Below, piece after piece: positions 40,881 to 51,017 of a stretch of DNA of 64,000 nucleotides. The position numbers and the translations under genes are program-made. Location: NCBI GenBank assembly GCA_031178355.1, contig JAPSJC010000001.1:124669-188668 (forward strand). The letters run 5' to 3'. Under the pieces are notes generated by a model. It did no database searches and was not told the DNA's origin. It saw only the letters and a program-made list of their open reading frames with translations. How positions within the stretch are numbered: the first letter of the stretch is position 1; each line of letters begins with the position of its first letter. Origin of the DNA: Ureibacillus sp. GTDB lineage: Bacteria; Bacillota; Bacilli; Bacillales_A; Planococcaceae.

Positions 40881-40924
40881 TAAAAATCACTAAGAATAAT
40901 TTTTTTATTCTTAGTGATTTTTTA
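40881..40924. terminator. Long AT-rich hairpin, likely terminator of the rhodanese gene
   Basis: AAAAATCACTAAGAATAA/TTATTCTTAGTGATTTTT. Confidence 0.65.
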
Positions 40925-41047
40925 TTTACGAATATAATGTGAATTTAGTTAGCATACCAATCATGTGCATGTAAAAAGAAAAAGTTAACCTATGTACGGC
41001 ACAACTGAGTGGGGCCAACTAATGAAACAAAAGCAAATAATCATTTA

Positions 41048-41431
41048 TTACGCTTTAGTTTTTACTTTGCCAGTCCAAGTTTTGAAACCACCTTGAAGTT
41101 GGTAAATTTGATTGTATCCTTTTTTCTTAAGTAAAAGTGCTGCACGTGCACTACGACCTGAATTTTGACAGTATAAGTATACTGGTAAATCAGGACGGAT
41201 TTCTTTGTATCGTTGACGTAATTGTGTTGAAGGGATATTTCTAGCACCTAGAATGTGGCCAGAATCAAATTCTTTCGTCTCGCGTACGTCAATTAATTGT
41301 GCTTTACGATACCCTTGTATAAATTGGTCTTGTGTTAAATTCGTTACGGCCTTTTTTAACCTTAACGTGTTCACTACTACATAAACGATGATTAAAATAA
41401 GTATAATCCCAATAGTATAAAGTACTTCCAC
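41048..41431 (-). CDS. Membrane-anchored rhodanese-like protein (YqhL)
   Basis: N-terminal TM; IDVRE..EF..GHILGARNIP; YCQNSGRS; LQGGF..W. Confidence 0.9.
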   Translation of the reverse strand: MEVLYTIGIILILIIVYVVVNTLRLKKAVTNLTQDQFIQGYRKAQLIDVRETKEFDSGHILGARNIPSTQLRQRYKEIRPDLPVYLYCQNSGRSARAALLLKKKGYNQIYQLQGGFKTWTGKVKTKA

Positions 41432-41534
41432 TACAATATTTCCCCTTTCATTCTACATATTCTATTATAAAAGACAAAGTGGCGATAGTCCAATTAGTTT
41501 GATAAAATGATATACATTGTGAGGAGATGAAGAA

Positions 41535-42368
41535 ATGAAAACGAAATGGTATTTTATTAATTCTGGCCCGTGTCGCCCATCCTATAATATGGCTTTAGAT
41601 GAAGCATTATTAGAATTTCATAGTAAAGGTGAGATTCCCCCAGTTATTCGATTCTATGAGTGGAATCCAGCAACACTATCAATTGGCTATTTTCAAAGTA
41701 CAAAGAAGGATATTAATTTTGATGCAATAAAAGAACAAAATATTGGATTTGTTCGTCGCCCAACTGGAGGACGAGCAGTATTACATGATAGTGAGCTTAC
41801 TTACAGTATTATTGTTACTGAAGAATATCCTGATATGCCCCCTACAGTTACGGAAGCATATCGTGTGTTAAGTGAAGGTTTATTATTAGGTTTTCAAAAT
41901 TTAGGTCTAAACGCTTACTTTAGTATTCCTGATAGTGAAGAAAAAATACTGGATTTAAAGAAGCCGAAAAGTGCTGTATGTTTTGATGCACCTAGTTGGT
42001 ATGAACTGGTTGTCGAAGGTAAAAAGGTAGCAGGAAGTGCTCAAACAAGGCAGAAAGGTGTCATATTACAGCACGGTGCGATATTACTTGATTTAGATGA
42101 AGATAAATTACTCTCAGTTTTTAAATTTTCGTCTGCTGAGGCAAAAGAAAAAATGCGGATAAAGCTACCTGAAAAAGCAGTTGCAATTAATCGACTCACA
42201 GACCGTGAAATTACAATTTCTGATTGTGTTAAAGCTTTTAGAAAGGGCTTCGAAGATGCGCTAAATATAGAATTAATTGAATATGAATTAACTGATGAAC
42301 AGAAACATTATGTAAATGAACTTGAAAAAAATAAATATCTAACAGATGAATGGAATTTTAAAAAATAA
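41535..42368 (+). CDS. lipM: Octanoyltransferase LipM
   Basis: [37 protein letters not shown]; synteny with gcv. Confidence 0.9.
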   Translation: MKTKWYFINSGPCRPSYNMALDEALLEFHSKGEIPPVIRFYEWNPATLSIGYFQSTKKDINFDAIKEQNIGFVRRPTGGRAVLHDSELTYSIIVTEEYPDMPPTVTEAYRVLSEGLLLGFQNLGLNAYFSIPDSEEKILDLKKPKSAVCFDAPSWYELVVEGKKVAGSAQTRQKGVILQHGAILLDLDEDKLLSVFKFSSAEAKEKMRIKLPEKAVAINRLTDREITISDCVKAFRKGFEDALNIELIEYELTDEQKHYVNELEKNKYLTDEWNFKK

Positions 42369-42512
42369 TAGGTTATTAATCGGTAGGGAAATTCACAAAT
42401 TTTTTTTAATAGTTTCCAATCCTAATACTTTCTAGGTTTTGTAATATTTTCGAAAAAATCAACCCCTTGCAATGAGAAATATTATGGGGTAATCTTTTCT
42501 AGGTGTGAAATC

Positions 42513-42561
42513 TAACAACATCTAGTATTGGTTCTAATTACTTGCACACAATATATTGTGT
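42513..42561 (+). promoter_or_regulatory. Tandem NrdR boxes
   Basis: TAACAACATCTAGTAT (42513) and perfect palindrome ACACAATATATTGTGT (42546) upstream of the RNR gene. Confidence 0.85.
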
Positions 42562-42619
42562 GTTATAAAGTGAAGATAGTGTACTAGATTTATAGAACAT
42601 AGAAAAGGGAGGCTGGCAG

Positions 42620-45193
42620 ATGGTATTGTCAAATGCGAAAGTAGCAACCATCCTCATAGATCAACTAAACAAAGACATAGAAGAATTTCCTCAAGTACAT
42701 CCGATTACACCAGAGATGCATATAACACACAAAGGTGTATCAAGATTGGTCATGATTGACCGTTATTCATTTAAAGATACAGAAAAGAAAACATTAAAAC
42801 CTGGTGATTTTGTTGTTTTAACAATAAAAGAAGATCCCAAGTTTCCAGCACGTGGGTTAGGGTATATTCAATCAATTGATTTAACAAATAAAAAAGCTAC
42901 AATTTTGATTGAGGAAGAATACCGCCATGTTTTAGATACTCAAATAGAACAAGAAACTGGCGTCATTGTTCGATCTGTTGATGTAGTTGAAAAACCTCTT
43001 GAAGTTTTCTACGAACAAATTGCAAAACGGAATGCAAGTGGTTTAGCAGCGGTCGAGAAAACGGAAGAAGACCGTGAAAAATGGTTTCATAAATTTTATG
43101 AACAGCTAATATCATTAAAATTTATCCCTGCAGGACGAGTGTTATATGGAGCGGGTTCACAAACAGATGTTACGTTCTTTAACTGTTACGTGATGCCTTT
43201 TGTACCGGATAGCCGTGAAGGTATTAGTGACCACCGTAAACAGGTAATGGAAATTATGAGTCGTGGTGGTGGAGTTGGTACGAATGGTTCAACATTACGA
43301 CCACGAAATACATTAGCACGCGGAGTGAATGGTAAATCAAGCGGCTCTGTCTCATGGCTTGATGACATTGCTAAATTGACACATCTTGTAGAGCAAGGTG
43401 GAAGTAGACGCGGAGCTCAAATGATCATGCTAGCAGATTGGCACCCGGATATCGTGGAATTTATTATATCAAAAATGCAAAATCCACGTATCCTTCGCTT
43501 CTTAATCGAAAATACGAACGATGAGTTAATTTCTCGTCTTGCACAAGAAAAATTAAAATTCAAACCTCTTACAGCTCAAGAAGAGGCGATGTACCAAGGT
43601 ATTGTTAACTATAAAAATTTCCCTGGACTTGGTGGTTTTAACGAAGTAATTATTAAAGACGCAGAACAAAAGCTTCGTGACGGTGGAACATATAGCGTGC
43701 ATAATCCTGAATTTTTAACAGGTGCTAATATTTCTGTTACATTAACGAAGGAGTTTATGACTGCAGTTGAAAATGACGAAGAATACGAACTTCGTTTCCC
43801 CGATGTTGCCAACTACACACCTGAAGAGATGGCTATTTATAATGAAAAATGGCATGAAGTTGGGGACGTACGTGAATGGGAAAAACTAGGCTATAGTGTG
43901 CGCTCATATCGTAAAATTCGTGCACGAGAGCTTTGGAACCTAATTAACGTTTGTGCAACCTATGCTGCAGAACCAGGCATCTTCTTTATCGACAATGCCA
44001 ATGATATGACAAATGCCAAAGCGTATGGCCAAAGTGTGGTAGCTACTAATCCGTGCGGTGAACAACCACTTGCACCATACTCAGTGTGTAACTTAGCTGC
44101 TGTTAATTTAGCGCAGTTTGCTATCAAAGATCAAAAAACAATTGATTTTGAAGCGTTAAAAGAAACTGTACGCACAGGGGTACGTATGCAGGACAACGTT
44201 ATTGATGCAACACCATATTTCTTAGAGGAGAACCGTAACCAAGCTCTAGGCGAGCGACGCGTTGGACTTGGAGTTATGGGTCTGGCTGACTTACTAATCT
44301 ATTGTGAAAAAGAATATGGTTCTGTGGAAGGTAACGAGCTCGTTGATAAAATTTTTGAAACAATTGCTGTTACAGCATATGAAACATCAATAGAATTAGG
44401 TAAAGAACGAGGTAGTTTCCCGTTCTTACAAGGGCAAACCGAAGATGAAACAAATCGTTTGCGACAAGCTTTCATCAATACAGGGTTTATGAGTAAAATG
44501 CCTGAGCATGTTAGACAAGGCGTATTAGAAAATGGAATTAGAAATTCCCACTTACTTACAGTTGCACCTACTGGGTCAACTGGGACGATGGTTGGAGTTG
44601 CAACGGGACTTGAACCATACTTCTCCTTCGTATATTACCGTTCAGGTCGTTTAGGGAAGTTTATCGAAGTGAAAGCAGAGATTGTTCAAGAATATTTAGA
44701 AACTCATCCTGCAGCTGATGAAAACAACCTACCGCATTGGTTCATTTCATCTATGGAGTTAACTCCTGAAGCTCATGCTGATGTTCAGTGTATCATCCAG
44801 CGTTGGGTTGACTCTTCAATTTCTAAAACAGTTAATGCACCGAAAGGCTACACTGTAGAACAAGTACAAAAAGTTTATGAGCGTTTGTATAATGGTGGAG
44901 CAAAAGGTGGTACGGTTTATGTTGATGGTAGCCGTGATTCACAAGTACTAACGCTAAAAGCTGAATCATCACATGATGAACAATTAACATTTGATGAGCT
45001 TAAAGTAGAAGTAATTAAAGAAAAGCAACCGGTAGTATTAGTCGACACGATTGCACCACTTCAAACGACTAATGTCACAATTGGTTCAGAAGTAGGGAAT
45101 ACTTGTCCAGTATGTCGTCAAGGTACTGTTGAAGAATTAGGTGGCTGTAACACTTGTACGAGCTGTGGAGCTCAACTGAAATGTGGGTTATAA
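42620..45193 (+). CDS. nrdJ: Class II (B12-dependent) ribonucleotide reductase
   Basis: PAGR, NCYV, QGGSRRGA, TNPCGEQPL, CNL, APTGS, C-terminal CPVC...CNTCTSC; no adjacent R2/beta subunit. Confidence 0.92.
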   Translation: MVLSNAKVATILIDQLNKDIEEFPQVHPITPEMHITHKGVSRLVMIDRYSFKDTEKKTLKPGDFVVLTIKEDPKFPARGLGYIQSIDLTNKKATILIEEEYRHVLDTQIEQETGVIVRSVDVVEKPLEVFYEQIAKRNASGLAAVEKTEEDREKWFHKFYEQLISLKFIPAGRVLYGAGSQTDVTFFNCYVMPFVPDSREGISDHRKQVMEIMSRGGGVGTNGSTLRPRNTLARGVNGKSSGSVSWLDDIAKLTHLVEQGGSRRGAQMIMLADWHPDIVEFIISKMQNPRILRFLIENTNDELISRLAQEKLKFKPLTAQEEAMYQGIVNYKNFPGLGGFNEVIIKDAEQKLRDGGTYSVHNPEFLTGANISVTLTKEFMTAVENDEEYELRFPDVANYTPEEMAIYNEKWHEVGDVREWEKLGYSVRSYRKIRARELWNLINVCATYAAEPGIFFIDNANDMTNAKAYGQSVVATNPCGEQPLAPYSVCNLAAVNLAQFAIKDQKTIDFEALKETVRTGVRMQDNVIDATPYFLEENRNQALGERRVGLGVMGLADLLIYCEKEYGSVEGNELVDKIFETIAVTAYETSIELGKERGSFPFLQGQTEDETNRLRQAFINTGFMSKMPEHVRQGVLENGIRNSHLLTVAPTGSTGTMVGVATGLEPYFSFVYYRSGRLGKFIEVKAEIVQEYLETHPAADENNLPHWFISSMELTPEAHADVQCIIQRWVDSSISKTVNAPKGYTVEQVQKVYERLYNGGAKGGTVYVDGSRDSQVLTLKAESSHDEQLTFDELKVEVIKEKQPVVLVDTIAPLQTTNVTIGSEVGNTCPVCRQGTVEELGGCNTCTSCGAQLKCGL

Positions 45194-45199
45194 AGTAAG

Positions 45200-45237
45200 A
45201 AAAAGGCAAAATCCATTCCGTTGGATTTTGCCTTTTC
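45200..45237 (+). terminator. Terminator after nrdJ
   Basis: AAAAGGCAAAATCCA/TGGATTTTGCCTTTT. Confidence 0.8.
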
Positions 45238-45305
45238 TATCGCCCAAAAATTGGTGTTTATTCCATAAAAAAAGAGAGTTTGATATATACCAAACTCTCG
45301 TAAAA

Positions 45306-46250
45306 TTAATCGTGATGCAGTTCTTTAGCAATCTCAGGATTTTTTTCAACTTCATGTAGTTTTTTGAAAGATGCTATCGATACTTCGACCATATCATCTT
45401 TTGGCTCTTTCGTAGTTAATAATTGTAACCATAAACCTGGATAACCTAAATATTTTAGGACAGGAATTTCCCTTAAAGCGTTTGTTCCTTGTAACACTTC
45501 AAACGATATTCCGATTACAACAGGAATTAATAAAATGCGGATAATCAAACGTAACCATAATGGGTCAGTTGGGAATAAGAAGTACACAAACATTCCTACG
45601 ATAACTGTAAACAAGATGAAACTTGAACCACAGCGATAGTGTAGACGTGATTGTTTTTGGACGTTTTCAACTGTTAAATCTAAACCGTTTTCGTGACAAT
45701 TAATTACTTTATGTTCTGCTCCATGATATTGGAAAACACGCTTTATCATAGGCATCAGTGAAATGAAATATAGATAAACAAAAAGTAAAGTTAGTTTAAT
45801 GCCTGTTTCTAGCAATATTTGACCTGTCTTGTCAGGAATCCAAGTTTTAAATAATTCCGCGATAAAAACAGGAACTAATGTAAATACAAATTTACCAAAT
45901 AAGAAGGATAGTACACCTACAACTGCAACGCCTAAAATCATTTGCAACTTAGACATTTCTTGGCTATTCTCTTCTTCACCTGGATCTACATCATATCGGT
46001 CCCCAGAGAATTGCATATGACGAGCACCGATTGCTGCCGATTCAATTAGTGCAACATTCCCTCTTAAAACGGGGATTTTTTTTAATTTTTGGAGTATAGG
46101 TTTTTTTTCTTTTTTTGCATAATAATACTCGATTGAGTCATCATTACGTCGTATAGCTGTAACGGTATGATCTTTTCCACCGAACATAACACCTTCTAGC
46201 AGTGCTTGTCCTCCATAAACAGGTGCTTTATTACCCAATATGTACACCAC
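45306..46250 (-). CDS. yqhQ: DUF1385 membrane protein (YqhQ)
   Basis: GGQALLEGVM, FQYHGAEHK, HYRCGSSF, LQLLTTKEP. Confidence 0.9.
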   Translation of the reverse strand: MVYILGNKAPVYGGQALLEGVMFGGKDHTVTAIRRNDDSIEYYYAKKEKKPILQKLKKIPVLRGNVALIESAAIGARHMQFSGDRYDVDPGEEENSQEMSKLQMILGVAVVGVLSFLFGKFVFTLVPVFIAELFKTWIPDKTGQILLETGIKLTLLFVYLYFISLMPMIKRVFQYHGAEHKVINCHENGLDLTVENVQKQSRLHYRCGSSFILFTVIVGMFVYFLFPTDPLWLRLIIRILLIPVVIGISFEVLQGTNALREIPVLKYLGYPGLWLQLLTTKEPKDDMVEVSIASFKKLHEVEKNPEIAKELHHD

Positions 46251-46319
46251 TCTCTATCAGAATCTAAAAATAGTACTTTTCCATTGTACTAAATTTTCAT
46301 AAAAAGCACTACGTTTTGA

Positions 46320-46349
46320 GCATACGAATTTAGCAATTTGGGGAAACTA
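46320..46349 (+). promoter_or_regulatory. Putative sigma-F promoter
   Basis: GCATA-N15-GGGGAAACTA matches the SigF consensus GYWTA-N15-GGnrAnAnT. Confidence 0.55.
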
Positions 46350-46371
46350 AAAGAAAAAATGAGGTGTTTCA

Positions 46372-46830
46372 ATGTTCAGAGTAGCAATTTATACAAGTAT
46401 TGCAGCAGCTTTATTTCTAACTTTGTCTTTAAGTACATTATCTTTCTTCAAATTTATCCAATGGAACCCCCTGGATTACACGGAAAGATTCAATATTCTA
46501 CCTAACAGTCATGGCCTAATTCAATGGCTGTTTTTAGCGTTTGTTCTCTTTATCATTATCATTATTTTCTTTTTAGTAATGCAGTATGTAGCTTTAGTCC
46601 CGGCGTTTATTACATCGCTTGTGATCGGGGGCGTTATTGCATTAATTATCGAATGGTTTATTTACGAATTACCAGCTGAATTAAATTCTTTCACGAAGTT
46701 ATCTTTACCATTTATTATAACGGTAATTGTTACAGCTAGATTTGTCTTTGAAACTGCGAATTTCCATTATCGTGCAAATCTACATGAAAAAGAAAATGAG
46801 TTGCCGTATAAAGACACTGTGATAAAATAA
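46372..46830 (+). CDS. 4-TM membrane protein at the yqhR position
   Basis: Four hydrophobic segments; between yqhQ and aroQ; GAGGTG RBS. Confidence 0.65.
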   Translation: MFRVAIYTSIAAALFLTLSLSTLSFFKFIQWNPLDYTERFNILPNSHGLIQWLFLAFVLFIIIIIFFLVMQYVALVPAFITSLVIGGVIALIIEWFIYELPAELNSFTKLSLPFIITVIVTARFVFETANFHYRANLHEKENELPYKDTVIK

Positions 46831-46864
46831 AATAGTAAATTATGGATTTATTGGGGGAAATGAG

Positions 46865-47296
46865 ATGAAAATCTTAGTGTTAAATGGACCAAATCTTAAT
46901 AGATTAGGTAAAAGAGAGCCTGAGATATATGGGAGAGAAACTTTAGAAGATGTAAAAGATAATTTATTAAAACTATCTTATGAATTTAATGCCACGCTTG
47001 ATTTCAGACAATCTAACCATGAAGGTATACTAATCGATTGGATTCACGAAGCAGAAGATACAGGTATCGATGGGATTGTGTTTAACCCAGGAGCATATAC
47101 TCATACAAGTATTGCGCTTCGTGATGCAATCGCAGGTATTCAAGTACCTGTAATTGAAGTACACATATCCAATATACATAAACGAGAATCTTTCCGTCAC
47201 ACATCTTTATTAGCTGCAGAATGTGTTGGTCAGATTAGTGGGTTGGGGACATACGGATATGAGTTAGCTCTTAGGAAATTTTTAGAGAAAAAATAG
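46865..47296 (+). CDS. aroQ: Type II 3-dehydroquinate dehydratase
   Basis: NGPNLNRLGKREPEIYG, QSNHEG, NPGAYTHTS, EVHISN. Confidence 0.96.
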   Translation: MKILVLNGPNLNRLGKREPEIYGRETLEDVKDNLLKLSYEFNATLDFRQSNHEGILIDWIHEAEDTGIDGIVFNPGAYTHTSIALRDAIAGIQVPVIEVHISNIHKRESFRHTSLLAAECVGQISGLGTYGYELALRKFLEKK

Positions 47297-47308
47297 GGGG
47301 AATTTTGA

Positions 47309-48370
47309 ATGACAAAGTTAACTAAATTACGAAAAGCTTTAGTTGATCAAAATGTGGATGCGTTACTGATTACTAATGAATTCAGTCGTCGATATATTAC
47401 AGGTTTTACTGGTACGTCTGGTGTAGCAATTGTATCACAAAATGATGCCGTATTTATTACTGACTTCAGATATACTGAACAAGCTAAAAAACAAATTCAA
47501 GATTTTCGTATTGTCAAACATGAAAAGTTAATTGTAGATGAGATATCAAATCAAGTAGCAGAAATGGGCATAAAATCATTAGGATTTGAAAAAGATGCAG
47601 TAACTTATGGATTATTTGAACAATATCAAACAAAAATTAAAGCAGATTTAATCCCTCTTTCTGGTTTAATCGAAAAAATTCGCTTGATTAAGACAAATGA
47701 AGAGATTAATATTATTAAGGTTGCATGTGAAATTGCGGACAACGCATTTACACATATTTTAAAATTCATCAAGCCAGGTTTGACTGAGCTTGAGGTATCG
47801 AATGAATTAGAATTTTTCATGAGAAAACAAGGAGCTACATCTTCATCTTTTGATATCATTGTTGCTAGTGGATTGCGTAGTGCTCTACCACATGGAGTAG
47901 CGACAGATAAAGTAATAGAAAAGGGTGACTTTGTAACACTTGATTTTGGTGCATACTATAATGGCTATGTGTCAGATATAACTCGTACAATTGCTGTAGG
48001 AAATCCTTCTCAACAATTAATCGATATTTATCAAGCGGTGTTAGAATCCCAGTTACTTGCTTTAGAAAAAGTTGGACCAAATATGACTGGTATTGAAGCA
48101 GATGCTGTCGCACGTAATTATTTAAAATCAAAAGGTTTAGACGAAGCATTTGGACATTCAACTGGTCACGGAATTGGATTAGAAGTTCATGAAGGACCAG
48201 CACTATCATTCCGCTCAGACACAGTACTAGAACCAAATATGGTTGTAACAATTGAACCTGGAGCATACTTGCCTGGTATTGGTGGCGTAAGAATTGAAGA
48301 CGATATACTAATTACAGAAACAGGTAATGAAGTACTAACTCATTCGAAAAAAGAACTAATTATCTTATAA
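47309..48370 (+). CDS. Xaa-Pro aminopeptidase (M24; YqhT/PapA)
   Basis: DFGA...[32 protein letters not shown]. Confidence 0.93.
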   Translation: MTKLTKLRKALVDQNVDALLITNEFSRRYITGFTGTSGVAIVSQNDAVFITDFRYTEQAKKQIQDFRIVKHEKLIVDEISNQVAEMGIKSLGFEKDAVTYGLFEQYQTKIKADLIPLSGLIEKIRLIKTNEEINIIKVACEIADNAFTHILKFIKPGLTELEVSNELEFFMRKQGATSSSFDIIVASGLRSALPHGVATDKVIEKGDFVTLDFGAYYNGYVSDITRTIAVGNPSQQLIDIYQAVLESQLLALEKVGPNMTGIEADAVARNYLKSKGLDEAFGHSTGHGIGLEVHEGPALSFRSDTVLEPNMVVTIEPGAYLPGIGGVRIEDDILITETGNEVLTHSKKELIIL

Positions 48371-48387
48371 ATGGAGGAATATTCAAC

Positions 48388-48945
48388 ATGATTTCAGTAA
48401 ACGATTTCCGTACTGGTCTAACAATTATTGTAGACGGTAACTTATATCGTGTATTAGATTTCCAACACGTTAAACCAGGGAAAGGTGCAGCATTCGTGCG
48501 TTCAAAATTACGTAATTTACGTAATGGTAACGTTACTGAGAAAACGTTCCGAGCTGGTGAAAAAGTTGAAAAAGCAATGGTTGACAACCGTAAAATGCAA
48601 TATTTATATGCTCAAGGAGACGCTCACGTATTTATGGATATGGAGTCATATGAGCAAACAGAACTTGCAAGTAATCAAATGGAAGACGAGTTATTGTATC
48701 TTCTTGAAAACATGGAAGTTCATATTCAAAGTTACCAAGGTGAATTATTAGGTATTGAATTACCGAACACTGTTGTATTAGAAGTTAAAGAAACAGAACC
48801 AGGTATCAAAGGTGATACTGCTACAGGTGGATCTAAACCAGCAACATTAGAAACTGGTTTAGTAGTAAACGTTCCATTCTTTGTTAACGAAGGCGACAAA
48901 TTAGTAATCAATACAACTGATGGTTCATACGTATCACGTGCTTAA
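48388..48945 (+). CDS. efp: Elongation factor P
   Basis: [24 protein letters not shown]. Confidence 0.97.
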   Translation: MISVNDFRTGLTIIVDGNLYRVLDFQHVKPGKGAAFVRSKLRNLRNGNVTEKTFRAGEKVEKAMVDNRKMQYLYAQGDAHVFMDMESYEQTELASNQMEDELLYLLENMEVHIQSYQGELLGIELPNTVVLEVKETEPGIKGDTATGGSKPATLETGLVVNVPFFVNEGDKLVINTTDGSYVSRA

Positions 48946-48950
48946 TATAT

Positions 48951-48988
48951 AAAAATCCCAGAAGAAACTATTCTTCTGGTTTTTTTTA
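48951..48988 (+). terminator. efp terminator
   Basis: CCAGAAGAA/TTCTTCTGG plus T tract. Confidence 0.75.
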
Positions 48989-49242
48989 TCTAATCCCCAA
49001 AATAAGAGATTAAAAAAGTTCTTTTAAATTAAATTAAACTATAAAATTAGAAGATGAAACTAACCAATCCAATTTAACTCATAAAAGTATGATTCAAAAA
49101 AATGACTCAAATTTTTTATTTAATTTGAGTCATTTTTTTTTTGTATTGATCAATATAATTTACTTGATGAAATTATTTTATTTGTTTCACTAAAACTAAG
49201 TTATAAGACGAGAAAGATTGTCCACTTTTTTGTGTATAGCTG

Positions 49243-49271
49243 GTCTATTTAGTGATACAAGCTCATATACT
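49243..49271 (+). promoter_or_regulatory. Sigma-E promoter P1 of spoIIIA
   Basis: GTCTATT-N14-CATATACT, close to the SigE consensus (kmATAww-N14-CATACAnT). Confidence 0.65.
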
Positions 49272-49294
49272 GCGTTACACAAGGAGGCGTCGTT

Positions 49295-49501
49295 ATGGAA
49301 TTACAGGACGTTTTGCGAGTAGCTGGGGTAGGGTTGATCATAGCTTTACTTCATGTCTTCTTCGAGCAAATCGGCAAAAAGGAATTTTCATTCTTCTTAT
49401 ATTTTATAGCTTATCTGTATATAACCGCAGAACTAATACGATTTTTACGGCTTTTCTTTGGGGATATCTTAACATTCTTCCAATGGCTGAATTTAAATTA
49501 G
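49295..49501 (+). CDS. spoIIIAC: Stage III sporulation protein AC
   Basis: 68 aa, 2 TMs, RVAGVG...A.LH..FEQ.GKKE; AAGGAGG RBS; after efp. Confidence 0.85.
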   Translation: MELQDVLRVAGVGLIIALLHVFFEQIGKKEFSFFLYFIAYLYITAELIRFLRLFFGDILTFFQWLNLN

Positions 49502-49508
49502 GTAACAT

Positions 49509-49886
49509 ATGATATTTATTTTTTACGCCGTAATAATACTATTAATCTTATTATTGATCAAAGACTCATTTAGCAAATTACACACTTTAATAGCAATCGT
49601 AGTTTTCTTCATACTACTACATTTCCTTTTGTCGATGCTTGTAATTCCCTTTTTAGAAAAGCTCCTGTCTTATGTACATTCGGTACCATATGTTGCTCAA
49701 CTTGTGTATTCAGCTCTGTTTTATCAAATTGGGTTACTCCTACATTCAATTTTTGAAGAACAGGAATATGATTCAATTGGAGAACTAGTTATGATCGCTG
49801 TTAGAATAGTACTTCTGACTTATTGGATAGGTGAATTTGCCAATGTATTATCAAAATTTTCCTCAATATTAGAAAAGCTTCAGTAA
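49509..49886 (+). CDS. spoIIIAD: Divergent stage III sporulation protein AD
   Basis: 125 aa, 4 hydrophobic segments, Y...L......Y....SIG..V..A.RI..L pattern; between AC and AE. Confidence 0.65.
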   Translation: MIFIFYAVIILLILLLIKDSFSKLHTLIAIVVFFILLHFLLSMLVIPFLEKLLSYVHSVPYVAQLVYSALFYQIGLLLHSIFEEQEYDSIGELVMIAVRIVLLTYWIGEFANVLSKFSSILEKLQ

Positions 49887-49898
49887 GGAGCTTAAACA

Positions 49899-50810
49899 AT
49901 GAATGAAATACTAAATGTTTTTTGGGATCCACTGAAGATTGCTGGTCAATCAATCTTTTTAATTATTACGTATACGGTTATTTTCTTAGCAATTGAAGCT
50001 TATGTTCCAAAGTTTAAAAAGTGGAGTGATACGTTATTTATAGTAGTACTCGTTTTAACATTGGGACAAACTGTCATGGATGCATTTTCATTAATGTCAC
50101 AATTGGCGGGGATTTTTTCAAATTTCTTCCTGGCATTATATCCAATTATTATGTCATTACTAGTTATCTTAAATTCTGTTTTTTCATTTATTGCATGGAG
50201 TCCAATCATCTTCTTCATATTTGAATTACTTATATTGTTATGTGAGAGGATATTAATTCCTGCAGTATCAATTGCCTTAATATTTGATTTTTGTACAAGA
50301 TTTATCGGAGAGATGTCATTCGGAAAAGCCTCTGATTTAATTAGAGGATCTGTGATGACAATAATTACTGCAACTGTATTAGCTATTGTAACAGTATTAT
50401 CTTTCACAGGAGTTGCCTTTTTTACAATAGATAAAGCGATTGCTGATCCGGTGAAAAAAGTGATAGAGCAGACTATTCCCATAATAGGGTCTTTGATTGT
50501 ACAAGGTTTCTCTATCTTTCATAAGTATCAATCTACTGCTACGACAGTGGCGGGGTTGAGTGCGATGACTGCATTTTGGTTCGCTGCCTTTTATCCTGCA
50601 GGAAAACTATTAATCCATGCTATGACATTTAAATTATTAGCAGCTATTATTGAACCTTTTACAAGTAGCACGGTTAGTGGATTGGTGGATGATGTTGGGA
50701 AATCTCTTTTAGTACTATGTGCTGTTGCCTTTCTTCTAGGCATTGCATTTGTATTCATTTGGCTAATTTTAATGGTTATGACTCAACTAGGGGTGGGTAA
50801 AACGTTTTGA
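49899..50810 (+). CDS. spoIIIAE: Shortened stage III sporulation protein AE
   Basis: Polytopic; IPIIG, P..K......FKLLAAIIEP, GKSL motifs. Confidence 0.8.
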   Translation: MNEILNVFWDPLKIAGQSIFLIITYTVIFLAIEAYVPKFKKWSDTLFIVVLVLTLGQTVMDAFSLMSQLAGIFSNFFLALYPIIMSLLVILNSVFSFIAWSPIIFFIFELLILLCERILIPAVSIALIFDFCTRFIGEMSFGKASDLIRGSVMTIITATVLAIVTVLSFTGVAFFTIDKAIADPVKKVIEQTIPIIGSLIVQGFSIFHKYQSTATTVAGLSAMTAFWFAAFYPAGKLLIHAMTFKLLAAIIEPFTSSTVSGLVDDVGKSLLVLCAVAFLLGIAFVFIWLILMVMTQLGVGKTF

Positions 50811-50944
50811 TGAAACTAGTTGCAATAATTTTAATTGGCAAATGTCTACTACTACTAGCAGAAGAAAAAGATTTAATTATTTATATAAAACTAGCAACCT
50901 TAATAATTTTTTTAACAACATTGTTAGAATTCCTAAAACTATAA
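50810..50944 (+). CDS. spoIIIAF: Unannotated 44-aa SpoIIIAF-like two-TM micro-protein
   Basis: TGATG coupling with the AE stop; MKLVAIILIGKCLLLLAEEKDLIIYIKLATLIIFLTTLLEFLKL: hydrophobic helix, polar loop, Y-x-K, second helix; AF position. Confidence 0.6.
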   Translation: MKLVAIILIGKCLLLLAEEKDLIIYIKLATLIIFLTTLLEFLKL

Positions 50945-50945
50945 A

Positions 50946-50974
50946 GCATAGACGAGCTACACACATCATACAAT
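50946..50974 (+). promoter_or_regulatory. Internal sigma-E promoter P2 for spoIIIAG-AH
   Basis: GCATAGA-N14-CATACAAT, near-consensus SigE promoter 43 bp before the AG start. Confidence 0.75.
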
Positions 50975-51017
50975 GTGTTGAAACGTTACAGAAAGGGGGC
51001 CGCAAAGGGGACGTGAA

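Noticed and set aside
49097-49142. Long AT-rich inverted repeat where spoIIIAA/AB would lie
   Set aside because: Terminator-like; no transposase, direct repeats or recognisable coding remnant.
49252-49512. 86-aa ORF overlapping spoIIIAC
   Set aside because: Alternative frame; the AC frame has the AAGGAGG RBS and family motif.
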